Positions 1 to 6,975 of a DNA stretch of 41,982 nucleotides are shown one piece after another (position 1 is the stretch's first letter; each line of letters begins with the position of its first letter). The notes under the pieces are model-generated. The model was given only the letters and a program-made list of their open reading frames with translations, searched no databases and was not told the DNA's origin. Position numbers and translations under genes: made by a program. This stretch comes from a virus: IMG/VR virus record IMGVR_UViG_3300048586_000061; one strand, written 5' to 3'.

Positions 1-127
1 CGTGTCAGGGCTGCGGCACCAACCTGGGCGACAACCCGCCCGCCACCCACTGCGGCGACTGCCCGCCGTGGACCTGCCCGACCTGTGGCGACACCGACTC
101 GATGACCGCCCCGTGCGGCTGCTGGGT
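1..127 (+). repeat. Copy A of an exact 127-nt repeat (window 5' end)
   Basis: Read by eye as identical to 41856..41982 and to 40890..41016. Lies inside the Cys-rich small-protein gene. Confidence 0.95.
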
Positions 128-206
128 GTCCTTCAACGGGCTCCCGCTCGCCGACATCCAGGGCCTTCTGGCCGATCTCGACCTGTCTGTGGAGGTTCCC
201 CGATGA
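1..206 (+). CDS. Cys-rich zinc-ribbon-like small protein, 3' portion (5' portion is 41831..41982 if circular)
   Basis: Frame 3 reads (P)CQGCGTNLGDNPPATHCGDCPPWTCPTCGDTDSMTAPCGCWVSFNGLPLADIQ..., with TGA at 204-206. Paralog of 40865..41095. Its stop overlaps the next ATG (ATGA). Confidence 0.7.
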   Translation, partial: CQGCGTNLGDNPPATHCGDCPPWTCPTCGDTDSMTAPCGCWVSFNGLPLADIQGLLADLDLSVEVPR

Positions 207-772
207 CCGACATCACGACACAACTCGACACCACCGAGGCCGTGCGCCTCGCCACTGAGGCGCTGTTCGTCATCCCCGGCACGAGCGCACAGTTCCCCAA
301 GTCCGTCGCCGCGACGGTCGTCACCGCTGCGTTGCCCGCCCTGGCTGAGCAGTTCGCGGCGCTGATCGAGGCCGGGGTCCGCGAGTCCAGCGACATCGCG
401 CGCCACGAGACCGGCGAGGGGGCGGAGGTCGCCCCGAGTCCCATGCGGGACGAGACCGCCCCCTCGCCCGACGACCCCCACGGCGCGTGCAGCCGCGCAC
501 TCGTGGCGGTGGCCGTGGAGCGCGACAGGGCCCGAGCCCGCGCCTCCCGCCTCGCCGACGAAGCGGAAGCGCAGGGGCGGGCGACGGGATTCGCCGAGCG
601 GGAGCGCGACGAGGCGCGCCGGTCGCTCCACCGAGTGCGCCAGATGTGCGATGACCCCGAGATCCCGCACGCCGGTTCGTGTGCGTCCTATCGCGTGTTC
701 AAGTCCGCCGATGGTCCCCATCCCTGCGACTGCATCGTGGCGGACATCCGCCGCGCTGTGGACGGTGAATGA
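203..772 (+). CDS. Hypothetical early protein
   Basis: ATG at 203 overlaps the upstream stop (ATGA). The part of the track ORF upstream of 203 is out of frame with the real upstream gene. Third positions are GC-rich. Confidence 0.65.
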   Translation: MTDITTQLDTTEAVRLATEALFVIPGTSAQFPKSVAATVVTAALPALAEQFAALIEAGVRESSDIARHETGEGAEVAPSPMRDETAPSPDDPHGACSRALVAVAVERDRARARASRLADEAEAQGRATGFAERERDEARRSLHRVRQMCDDPEIPHAGSCASYRVFKSADGPHPCDCIVADIRRAVDGE

Positions 773-1047
773 GCATGACCGCCGACGCTGCCCACGTCGC
801 GGCAGTGGCCGAGGCGCTGTACGGCTCGTGGAGCGTCGGCCACCAGCCTGTGTCGCAGGCGATGGCGCGTGGCGCTGCCAACCGTGACGCCACCGTCGCC
901 GTCGAGACGTTGACGCCGCTGATCCGCGCACAGGTCGCAGCAGAGATCCGGGCCGAGCGTGACAGTGAGCCGTCGACCTGCCGCTCCGACGAGGTGTGGG
1001 ACGACGGCATGTCCGTCGCCGCTCGCATCGCCGAGGGCACCCCGTGA
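769..1047 (+). CDS. Hypothetical protein, short paralog of 41092..41574
   Basis: MTADAAH N-terminus and the TVAVETLTPLI block are shared with 41092..41574 at the DNA level (775..817 vs 41092..41134; about 34 nt exact near 888..925). ATG at 775 is an alternative start. Confidence 0.65.
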   Translation: MSMTADAAHVAAVAEALYGSWSVGHQPVSQAMARGAANRDATVAVETLTPLIRAQVAAEIRAERDSEPSTCRSDEVWDDGMSVAARIAEGTP

Positions 1048-1184
1048 CCCGGCCAAGCCCGCTGTGGCTGTCCGCCGCCGCCATCCTCGTCGGCTACACG
1101 ATCGGCTGGATGTTTGGGCAGGCGTTCCCCCGCTGCCTCGACCGCATCGTCGGCGGCATGACCCGGGCCGGGTGGTGGGAGTGA
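1044..1184 (+). CDS. Small membrane protein (46 aa)
   Basis: GTG at 1044 in a GTGA overlap. Hydrophobic segment LWLSAAAILVGYTIGWMF. Confidence 0.5.
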   Translation: MTRPSPLWLSAAAILVGYTIGWMFGQAFPRCLDRIVGGMTRAGWWE

Positions 1185-1366
1185 GCTGGGACATGACGCC
1201 CGGACGGGGTGCGGAGATCATCGCCAAGGTTCGCGCGGACCTTGCCCGCGCATCGCGGGAGGACGCGGACCGCCGCGTTCGCTGCATCGTCTGCCAGGCC
1301 ATGACCCGCGACCTGCCGCGCCACGAGGCACTGCACGGCGTCGGCCACCCCGACGGTGCCGCATGA
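1181..1366 (+). CDS. Hypothetical protein
   Basis: GTG at 1181 in a GTGA overlap, in frame with track ORF 959..1366. Confidence 0.5.
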   Translation: MSWDMTPGRGAEIIAKVRADLARASREDADRRVRCIVCQAMTRDLPRHEALHGVGHPDGAA

Positions 1367-1614
1367 CCGACAACAGCAGCCAGCTCGACCGCCTGGACCC
1401 CACCGTCGCACCCGGACGCGACACCCCCGCCGTCCTCGGCACCGAACTCCCCGGCGGCTGCCAACGCTGCACCGACCTCTACCGCCGCCTCGAAGCGTTC
1501 GACGACCGCGACGCCAACTCACGCGACTACATCCGCCGACTCGTCGCGGACCTCGCCGCCGCTGAACGCACCATCCGTGAACTCCGCGCCCGATACCAAG
1601 GAGATGCCCGATGA
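1363..1614 (+). CDS. Hypothetical protein
   Basis: ATGA overlaps at both ends. Track ORF. Confidence 0.65.
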   Translation: MTDNSSQLDRLDPTVAPGRDTPAVLGTELPGGCQRCTDLYRRLEAFDDRDANSRDYIRRLVADLAAAERTIRELRARYQGDAR

Positions 1615-1892
1615 CCACCACCGTTACCACCGCCTCCGGGCGCGTCTACGAGATCGACCTCGACGAGAAGCGGTTCCGCACCGCTGGTGAGCAGGAATTC
1701 GCGCTCCTCAACGGCTTCTTCTCCCACAACCTCATCGACGACCCGCACCACGCGTGGACCGACTTCGTCAGCCTCGACATCGTCGACGAGGGTCTCCTGG
1801 TGTTCGTCCTCACCGACGGCATGTACCGCAAGTCCACCCGCGTCGCAGTCGGCCTCGATGACCTCGTGTCCGCCCTGGACGGTGCCGCATGA
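1611..1892 (+). CDS. Hypothetical protein
   Basis: ATGA overlaps at both ends. Track ORF. Confidence 0.65.
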   Translation: MTTTVTTASGRVYEIDLDEKRFRTAGEQEFALLNGFFSHNLIDDPHHAWTDFVSLDIVDEGLLVFVLTDGMYRKSTRVAVGLDDLVSALDGAA

Positions 1893-2197
1893 CCACCACG
1901 CAGCTCGCCCTCGTCACCGCCACCCCGCAGGACATCCACGCCGACGCGCGACGGCACGTGTGGCTCGCCATCGAAACCGCCGCCGCACTCCACGACGGCT
2001 ACGTGTCACCCAACGTCGTCCGCTCCTGCCTCGCCGCCATGCCCGAGTGGCACGTACCTCGCGGCATCCACGGCAAGGTCTACGCCGACCTCATCCGGCA
2101 GGGCGTCCTCGTCGAGGTCGGCACCGAACGCACCACCGGATCCACGTCGGGCAACAACGGCCGGCTCGCACCGACGTACCGGCTGGTGACGGCATGA
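1889..2197 (+). CDS. Hypothetical protein
   Basis: ATGA overlaps at both ends. Track ORF. Confidence 0.65.
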   Translation: MTTTQLALVTATPQDIHADARRHVWLAIETAAALHDGYVSPNVVRSCLAAMPEWHVPRGIHGKVYADLIRQGVLVEVGTERTTGSTSGNNGRLAPTYRLVTA

Positions 2198-2595
2198 CCA
2201 AGGCACTCACCCCACCAGCCTGGGTAGTCGACGCACTCTGCGCCCGCGTCGACCCGGAGCTGTTCTTCCCATCCCACGAGCACCAGACCACCCACATCGC
2301 CAAGGCCCTGTGCCGCACCTGCCCCGTCGTCACGGAATGCCTCGCCTACGCCCTCGCCGACCCGACGCTGGAAGGCATCTGGGCGGCGACGACACCTCGT
2401 GAGCGGTCCCGGCTCCGTGGCCCGCGCCCCGCCGTGACCCGCATCGTCACCGCCACCCCGAAGCCACGCGGCGCTACCGGGCGCCTGTCGAAGCCGCAGA
2501 CGGAACACGGCACGGCGCGCGGGTTGGCGATGCATCGGCGCCTGGGGTCGAAGCCGTGTAAGGCGTGCATCGAAGCCGGAGAGGCCGCGGCGTGA
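2194..2595 (+). CDS. whiB: WhiB-family Fe-S transcription factor with C-terminal Cys-containing extension
   Basis: ATG at 2194. Cys pattern C..(x)..CRTCPVVTEC (C-x2-C-x5-C) followed by the GIWAATT turn. The tail ends with ...HRRLGSKPCKACIEAGE. Confidence 0.8.
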   Translation: MTKALTPPAWVVDALCARVDPELFFPSHEHQTTHIAKALCRTCPVVTECLAYALADPTLEGIWAATTPRERSRLRGPRPAVTRIVTATPKPRGATGRLSKPQTEHGTARGLAMHRRLGSKPCKACIEAGEAAA

Positions 2596-3146
2596 CCCTC
2601 GACAACACCGGCAAGGGCGCCGGATACCTCGCCATCGACCCCGCCCGCTTCATCGAACCCGCCGACTGGATCACCGACGCACCCTGCGCCGGAGCCTGGG
2701 ACCTCTTCGACGTACCCGTACTCCGCGACCTCCACGCCGCGTTCCAGTACGCCGCACCCGCACTCGCCATGTGCGCGGCGTGCCCGTTCGTTGAGAAGTG
2801 CATCGCCCGCGTCGACCCCTACAACAGCCTGTTCGACGGGGTGTGTGGCGGCGTGCTCTGGCGCAACGGGCGCGCCACCGAACGACCAGCCGAGAAGCCC
2901 GCACCTGCACCCCGTGACCGCAGCGGCGACGCACCCAGGCAAGCCCGACGCCGCGCAGACAAGACCGACGACGGCAGCAAGCGCGCCTTCGACAACGCCC
3001 TCATCCGCGCCGCCGGACGACCCGCCGACGTCGACCTCCTCACACTGTGGGACGCCGCGCTGTGTCGGTGCGCCTGTGGTTCGTGGATGTTCAGTGGCGG
3101 GGACTGCGGGACGTGTCGAGCTGTGGCCACGGCGGTGGCGTCGTGA
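2592..3146 (+). CDS. Second WhiB-like protein with long C-terminal Cys-rich extension
   Basis: GTG at 2592 in a GTGA overlap. APCAG...MCAACPFVEKC...GVCGGVLW resembles the WhiB Cys ligands and G[VI]WGG turn. C-terminal CRCACGS...CGTC cluster. Confidence 0.65.
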   Translation: MTLDNTGKGAGYLAIDPARFIEPADWITDAPCAGAWDLFDVPVLRDLHAAFQYAAPALAMCAACPFVEKCIARVDPYNSLFDGVCGGVLWRNGRATERPAEKPAPAPRDRSGDAPRQARRRADKTDDGSKRAFDNALIRAAGRPADVDLLTLWDAALCRCACGSWMFSGGDCGTCRAVATAVAS

Positions 3147-4399
3147 CCAGGCCGCGCATCGGCTCCCTGTGCAGCGGCTACGGCGGGCTCGACATGGGCG
3201 TACAAGCCGTCTACGGCGGCACCGTCGCATGGCACGTCGAGTACGACCGCGACCCGTCGAAGATCCTCCACCACCACTGGCCCCACATCCCCAACCACGG
3301 CGACGTCAAAACCACCAACTGGGCCAACGTCGAACCCGTCGACATCCTCACGGCGGGGTATCCCTGCCAGCCATTCAGCCACGCAGGCAAGCGAAAGGGC
3401 ACCGATGACCCCCGACACCTCTGGCCCGACGTTGCGCGTGCCATCGGCGTACTACGACCCCGACTCGTCGTCCTGGAAAACGTCCGGGGTCATGTTTCCC
3501 TCGGACTGGCCGACGTCCTCGCAGACCTGTCCGGCCTGGGGTATGACGCGACGTGGGGAGTTGTTCGAGCTGCCGACGCCGGCGCTCCCCACGGACGCGC
3601 CCGCATCTTCATCACTGCTGCCGACACCCGCGGCGAACGACCACACGGGGGCGGAAACACGCGAGGCGCGCGAGGCGCGCGAGGCGCGCGAGGCTGGTGG
3701 GCCGGCGCTGCGGGATCTGCCGACACTGCTGCCGACGCCACGCGCGACGGACGGGACGAAGGGCGGACCGAATCAGCGGGGATCGTCCGGGGATCTGATG
3801 CTGCCGTCGGCGGTGGTGCAACTGCTCCCCACCCCGGCGGTGAACGACATGGGCGCGGGCAAGACTGTGGAGGACTGGGACGCCTGGACGGCCCGGATGC
3901 AGGAACGCCACGGGAACGGGAACGGACACGGGGCATCACTGTCGATCGAGGCGCTGAGGCTACTACCGACGCCGCGGGCGACGGGTGGGGAGAAGGGGCA
4001 ACGGACGCCCGAGGGTCAGGCGCGGGAGCTGGCCCGCGGCAGGAACATCGACCTCGGCATGGTCGGGGCACTACTCCCGACGCCGACGTCGCGGGACCAC
4101 AAGGGGGCGAACCAGCGGGGCGACTCGACGTGCCTTCATGGGGCGCTTATGCCGTCGCCATCGCCCGGTGGCAACACACCCTCGGACGACCCGCACCCGA
4201 CCCCACCGAACCCGGACGCAACGGACCCCGACTCGCTCCCGCTTTCGTGGAATGGCTGATGGGACTCCCCGCCGGCCACGTCACCGCCGTCCCCGACCTG
4301 TCGCGCAACGCCCAGCTCAAGGCCCTCGGAAACGGCGTCGTCCCGCAGCAGGCCGCGCTTGCGCTGCGGATCCTCGCCGGGATGGGGGCCGCAGCATGA
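3143..4399 (+). CDS. DNA (cytosine-5) methyltransferase, frame-2 ORF. Ends are canonical and the centre is low-complexity (see findings).
   Basis: Motif I LCSGYGGLD. Motif IV GYPCQPFS (about 3359). Motif VI LENV (3473..3484). Motif VIII DAGAPHGRARIF. C-terminus WGAYAVAIARW...FVEWLMGLPAGHVT...ALGNGVVPQQA (motifs IX/X). GTG at 3143 in a GTGA overlap. Confidence 0.8.
   Translation: MTRPRIGSLCSGYGGLDMGVQAVYGGTVAWHVEYDRDPSKILHHHWPHIPNHGDVKTTNWANVEPVDILTAGYPCQPFSHAGKRKGTDDPRHLWPDVARAIGVLRPRLVVLENVRGHVSLGLADVLADLSGLGYDATWGVVRAADAGAPHGRARIFITAADTRGERPHGGGNTRGARGARGARGWWAGAAGSADTAADATRDGRDEGRTESAGIVRGSDAAVGGGATAPHPGGERHGRGQDCGGLGRLDGPDAGTPRERERTRGITVDRGAEATTDAAGDGWGEGATDARGSGAGAGPRQEHRPRHGRGTTPDADVAGPQGGEPAGRLDVPSWGAYAVAIARWQHTLGRPAPDPTEPGRNGPRLAPAFVEWLMGLPAGHVTAVPDLSRNAQLKALGNGVVPQQAALALRILAGMGAAA
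3405..4259 (+). CDS. Nested +1-frame ORF (284 codons) with five LLPTP repeats. It may be an overlapping gene or the true target-recognition segment of the methyltransferase.
   Basis: LLPTP codons at 3615, 3726, 3822, 3960 and 4071. Hand-counted GC3 is about 82-84% in this frame versus about 56-70% in frame 2 over the same DNA. First possible start is ATG 3405, preceded by GAAAGGG. This frame is open from 3147. Confidence 0.5.
   Translation: MTPDTSGPTLRVPSAYYDPDSSSWKTSGVMFPSDWPTSSQTCPAWGMTRRGELFELPTPALPTDAPASSSLLPTPAANDHTGAETREAREAREAREAGGPALRDLPTLLPTPRATDGTKGGPNQRGSSGDLMLPSAVVQLLPTPAVNDMGAGKTVEDWDAWTARMQERHGNGNGHGASLSIEALRLLPTPRATGGEKGQRTPEGQARELARGRNIDLGMVGALLPTPTSRDHKGANQRGDSTCLHGALMPSPSPGGNTPSDDPHPTPPNPDATDPDSLPLSWNG
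3661..3695 (+). repeat. 9-bp tandem repeat GCGAGGCGC, about 3.9 copies
   Basis: gcgaggcgc at 3661, 3670 and 3679, plus gcgaggct at 3688. Encodes (REA)n in frame 3 and (GAR)n in frame 2. Confidence 0.9.
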
Positions 4400-4776
4400 G
4401 CCGCACCTGGGAGATCCGGCTGCCGTGGACCAAGCCCCCGTGCAGTGCAAACGACCGCGACCACTGGCGCGTCAAGGCGGGCAAGGTGGCCGAGATCCGG
4501 GCCGTCGCCCGCCGTGAAGCCGCTGCGGCGTTCTGGTTCGACGGCATCCCCATGTTCGACCACATCCGCGTCGGGCTGCTGTACGTCCCCCGCGACAGAC
4601 GCCGCCGCGACCCCGACAACCTCGTCGTCCCCCTGTTCAAAGCCCTCGTCGACGGCATCGTCGACGCCGGCATCGTCCCCGACGACACACCCCGCTACGT
4701 CACCCGCGAGTTCCCCGTCATCGCCGAACCCGACGGTGATCCGCGGCTCGTTCTGACCATCGAGGAGGTGCCGTGA
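4396..4776 (+). CDS. rusA: RusA-like Holliday-junction resolvase
   Basis: ATGA overlap. ...NDRDHWRVKA...RRRDPDNLVVPLFKALVDGIVDAGIVPDD matches the RusA catalytic Asp region. Confidence 0.75.
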   Translation: MSRTWEIRLPWTKPPCSANDRDHWRVKAGKVAEIRAVARREAAAAFWFDGIPMFDHIRVGLLYVPRDRRRRDPDNLVVPLFKALVDGIVDAGIVPDDTPRYVTREFPVIAEPDGDPRLVLTIEEVP

Positions 4777-4952
4777 GCGACCCCCTCGCACCCTTCACCG
4801 GCGAGCACGAAGGCCACATCTACGCCGTAGCCGACACCAACCAACGGCTCTGGTTCGCCGGATGCACGTGCGGATTCGTCGCCGAAGCCCGCCCCACGCC
4901 CGGCGCAGCAGCCGCAGACCTCATCGGACACCGACCACAGGAGACGCCCTAG
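4773..4952 (+). CDS. Small hypothetical protein (59 aa)
   Basis: GTG at 4773 in a GTGA overlap, TAG at 4950-4952. Below the track cutoff. GC-rich third positions. Confidence 0.45.
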   Translation: MSDPLAPFTGEHEGHIYAVADTNQRLWFAGCTCGFVAEARPTPGAAAADLIGHRPQETP

Positions 4953-5302
4953 TGCCCCGCGCCGCCCGGCTGTACGTCCCACTTGACGCGGCCTTCTTCG
5001 ACGACGACAAGGTCGTCCGCGCTGGCGAAGCCGCCGGATGGCTGTACCTCGCCATGTGCGCCAGGGCCAAGCAGCTCGACAACGACGGCGTCATGAACCT
5101 CGAGCAAGTCGAACGCCTCCACATCAAGGGCTGGCAGAAACGCCTCCAAACCCTCATTGAAGTCGACCTCGTCGTGCGAGTTGACGACCGGATCGGCATC
5201 TGCGGATGGCTCAACTGGAACGAAAGCAGCGCCGAACGAGCCGCCAAACGTGAACGCGACCGCATCCGGAAGGCCAAGAAATACGGGGAGGAAACGCCGT
5301 GA
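4952..5302 (+). CDS. Hypothetical protein, possibly replication-organiser-like
   Basis: GTG at 4952 (TAGTG overlap), in frame with track ORF 4862..5302. LYVPLDAAFFDDDKVVRAGEAAGWLYLAMCARA weakly recalls phage replication-organiser N-termini. Lies next to iteron-like repeats. Confidence 0.55.
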   Translation: MPRAARLYVPLDAAFFDDDKVVRAGEAAGWLYLAMCARAKQLDNDGVMNLEQVERLHIKGWQKRLQTLIEVDLVVRVDDRIGICGWLNWNESSAERAAKRERDRIRKAKKYGEETP

Positions 5303-5715
5303 CCAGCACCGATGCGGATCGTTCCGCGTGGAATCCGAGCGGAATCCGCGCGGAACGTGCGCCGGAATCCGCTCTAAAGCAGAACAAGCAGAACAAGCAA
5401 GCAGAGAGCATCACTTCCAGCCGGTGTATGGCACTAGCGGCCGTCATCGAAACCCTCCGCCCGGAATGGTCACCCACGGAGATCGACAGGGCACTCGCAG
5501 CCGACGACCGACCCTGGCGCACCGTCGTCCTCGCCAGCATCCGCGGAGCAGCCGGCAACGACATCCGCCACCCCAACGGACTCCGCTACGTCAACCCCGA
5601 CGGCACAGCCACCACCAGCCTGCCGCCGACCGTGCGGGAGCTGCGAACCGCCCCCCGATGCCAGCACGAAGCCCCATCCGGTGCCTGTGCCCTCTGCCGT
5701 GCGGGGCTCGAGTGA
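5299..5715 (+). CDS. Hypothetical protein whose 5' part contains iteron-like repeats
   Basis: GTG at 5299 in a GTGA overlap. Track ORF. Confidence 0.6.
   Translation: MTSTDADRSAWNPSGIRAERAPESALKQNKQNKQAESITSSRCMALAAVIETLRPEWSPTEIDRALAADDRPWRTVVLASIRGAAGNDIRHPNGLRYVNPDGTATTSLPPTVRELRTAPRCQHEAPSGACALCRAGLE
5314..5405 (+). repeat. Iteron-like array: GGAATCCG-type repeats phased at 11-12 bp, followed by an A-rich GCAGAACAA x2 tract. Candidate replication origin.
   Basis: GGAATCCG at 5330, 5341 and 5364, and GGAACGTG at 5352. Inverted cgttccgcg (5320) and cgcggaacg (5349). A-rich segment about 5373..5405. Confidence 0.45.
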
Positions 5716-5897
5716 ACCCGGCGAAGTGGTCCGTCCGCCGCATCCCGCCCGAGGTGTACGCCCGACCCGGCCTAGGCGCGCTCAAGTTCCGCCCCTGGAT
5801 CGTCTCGCCGCCGTTCCCCACAGACCAGCACCGCTCCTTCGCCACCTGGCGGGATGCGTTCGACTTCGCCGACCAGATGAGCCGGGGGCTTGCGTGA
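5712..5897 (+). CDS. Hypothetical protein (61 aa)
   Basis: GTG at 5712 in a GTGA overlap, in frame with the tail of track ORF 5157..5897. Confidence 0.5.
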   Translation: MNPAKWSVRRIPPEVYARPGLGALKFRPWIVSPPFPTDQHRSFATWRDAFDFADQMSRGLA

Positions 5898-6112
5898 CAC
5901 CTCAGACGTTTATTGCCCGCATCGAAGGCAAGCGCAGCACGTTCGACGACTTCACCCACGCCAACCTCATGGCACACCTCGTGGAACTCGCCAACGACGG
6001 CGCGCGTGCAGCCAGCGTCAGGCCGCAGACCCCGTGGTCCCTCGAGCCACCGGCCGACGCCGACGACGACCCCGTGACGTGGACAGCGACCTGCCTGGCG
6101 GTCCCCGAATGA
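5894..6112 (+). CDS. Hypothetical protein
   Basis: GTG at 5894 in a GTGA overlap, in frame with the tail of track ORF 5681..6112. Confidence 0.55.
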   Translation: MTPQTFIARIEGKRSTFDDFTHANLMAHLVELANDGARAASVRPQTPWSLEPPADADDDPVTWTATCLAVPE

Positions 6113-6876
6113 CCGACACCTGCCAGGTCGCCAACTGCGACAACCCACTCCCCACCACCGACAACTCGCCAGCCTGCCCCGGCTGCTGGGCGCGCCACCG
6201 CCAGCGCCTCGCAGAACTCCCCTCACTCATCGACGAAGCCACCATCACCCTCACCCGCCAGAGCGCCGCAGGAAGCCACAACACAACCAAGCGGGGAGAA
6301 ACACCACTCCCCTACTCCGAGGCCGCCAGCGACGCCCTCACAGCCCTTCACGGGGCACTCAGAGCGTGGGCATCCCTAGCGGCCGACGAAGGACAGCGAA
6401 TCACCCTCACCGGCAACCCCTCGACAACCACCCTCGCCAAGCGGCTCCTCACCCTCGACTACTACCAATGGCCCCACACCCACGACGCAGCCCTCGACTA
6501 CATCGACGAACTCCGCACCCTGACCCGGCGCCTCGAGGCAGTCACAGACATCCGCCCCCAACCCTCACTCCTCGGCGTCTGCCCCACCTGCGAAACCCAC
6601 CTCTACACCCGCCCCGGAGCACCCGCAGCCACCTGCCAAACCTGCGGCGAAACACACACCACCGACGACATCAGGGCATACGCCCGCGCACACGCACCCC
6701 TCGTCACCATCGCAGACGGATCAGCCCGACTCAGGCACGCCGGCTACCTCCCACTCGACGCACGCAAGGCCGCCCGCAAGCTCACCCCCAGCGCACACAC
6801 CCCAGACGGCCAGCCCCTCTACCACCTCACCGACCTACAACATCTAGCGACATCGCCACTACATGTGGGGCGTTGA
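6109..6876 (+). CDS. Zinc-ribbon protein (two CxxC pairs). Last early gene and a possible late-gene regulator.
   Basis: ATGA overlap. C-x4-C...CPGC at the N-terminus and CPTC...CQTC centrally. Sits immediately upstream of the promoter-like/terminator region that precedes the packaging genes. Confidence 0.65.
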   Translation: MTDTCQVANCDNPLPTTDNSPACPGCWARHRQRLAELPSLIDEATITLTRQSAAGSHNTTKRGETPLPYSEAASDALTALHGALRAWASLAADEGQRITLTGNPSTTTLAKRLLTLDYYQWPHTHDAALDYIDELRTLTRRLEAVTDIRPQPSLLGVCPTCETHLYTRPGAPAATCQTCGETHTTDDIRAYARAHAPLVTIADGSARLRHAGYLPLDARKAARKLTPSAHTPDGQPLYHLTDLQHLATSPLHVGR

Positions 6877-6947
6877 CATCGGACTTGACAAGATCGGCAT
6901 AGGTAGAGGGGAGAACTCTGCCCTCACCCAGACAAGGCCCACCCATC

Positions 6948-6975
6948 GCCCACCCGGCTATGCGGTGGGCTTTGT
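6948..6975 (+). terminator. Rho-independent terminator-like hairpin
   Basis: GCCCACC (6948-6954), 9-nt loop, GGTGGGC (6964-6970), then TTTGTGCTGT. Confidence 0.6.

Noticed and set aside
1-127. Genuine direct terminal repeat of the virion DNA
   Set aside because: This is not excluded but is judged less likely. The overlap lies inside a gene, is also present internally, and has the length typical of an assembler k-mer overlap. A separate structured candidate cos region sits next to the terminase genes.
2-202. N-terminal extension of track ORF 2..772 (MSGLRHQPGRQPARHP...)
   Set aside because: This stretch is the out-of-frame reading of the zinc-ribbon gene (frame 3, identical to 40890..41016). 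The real gene starts at ATG 203, which overlaps that gene's stop.
3553-3929. Other ORFs inside the methyltransferase locus (3553..3798 + strand; 3612..3929 and 3490..4071 minus strand)
   Set aside because: They are Arg-rich low-complexity translations with no motif content. Only frames 2 and 3 of the + strand show protein-like sequence.
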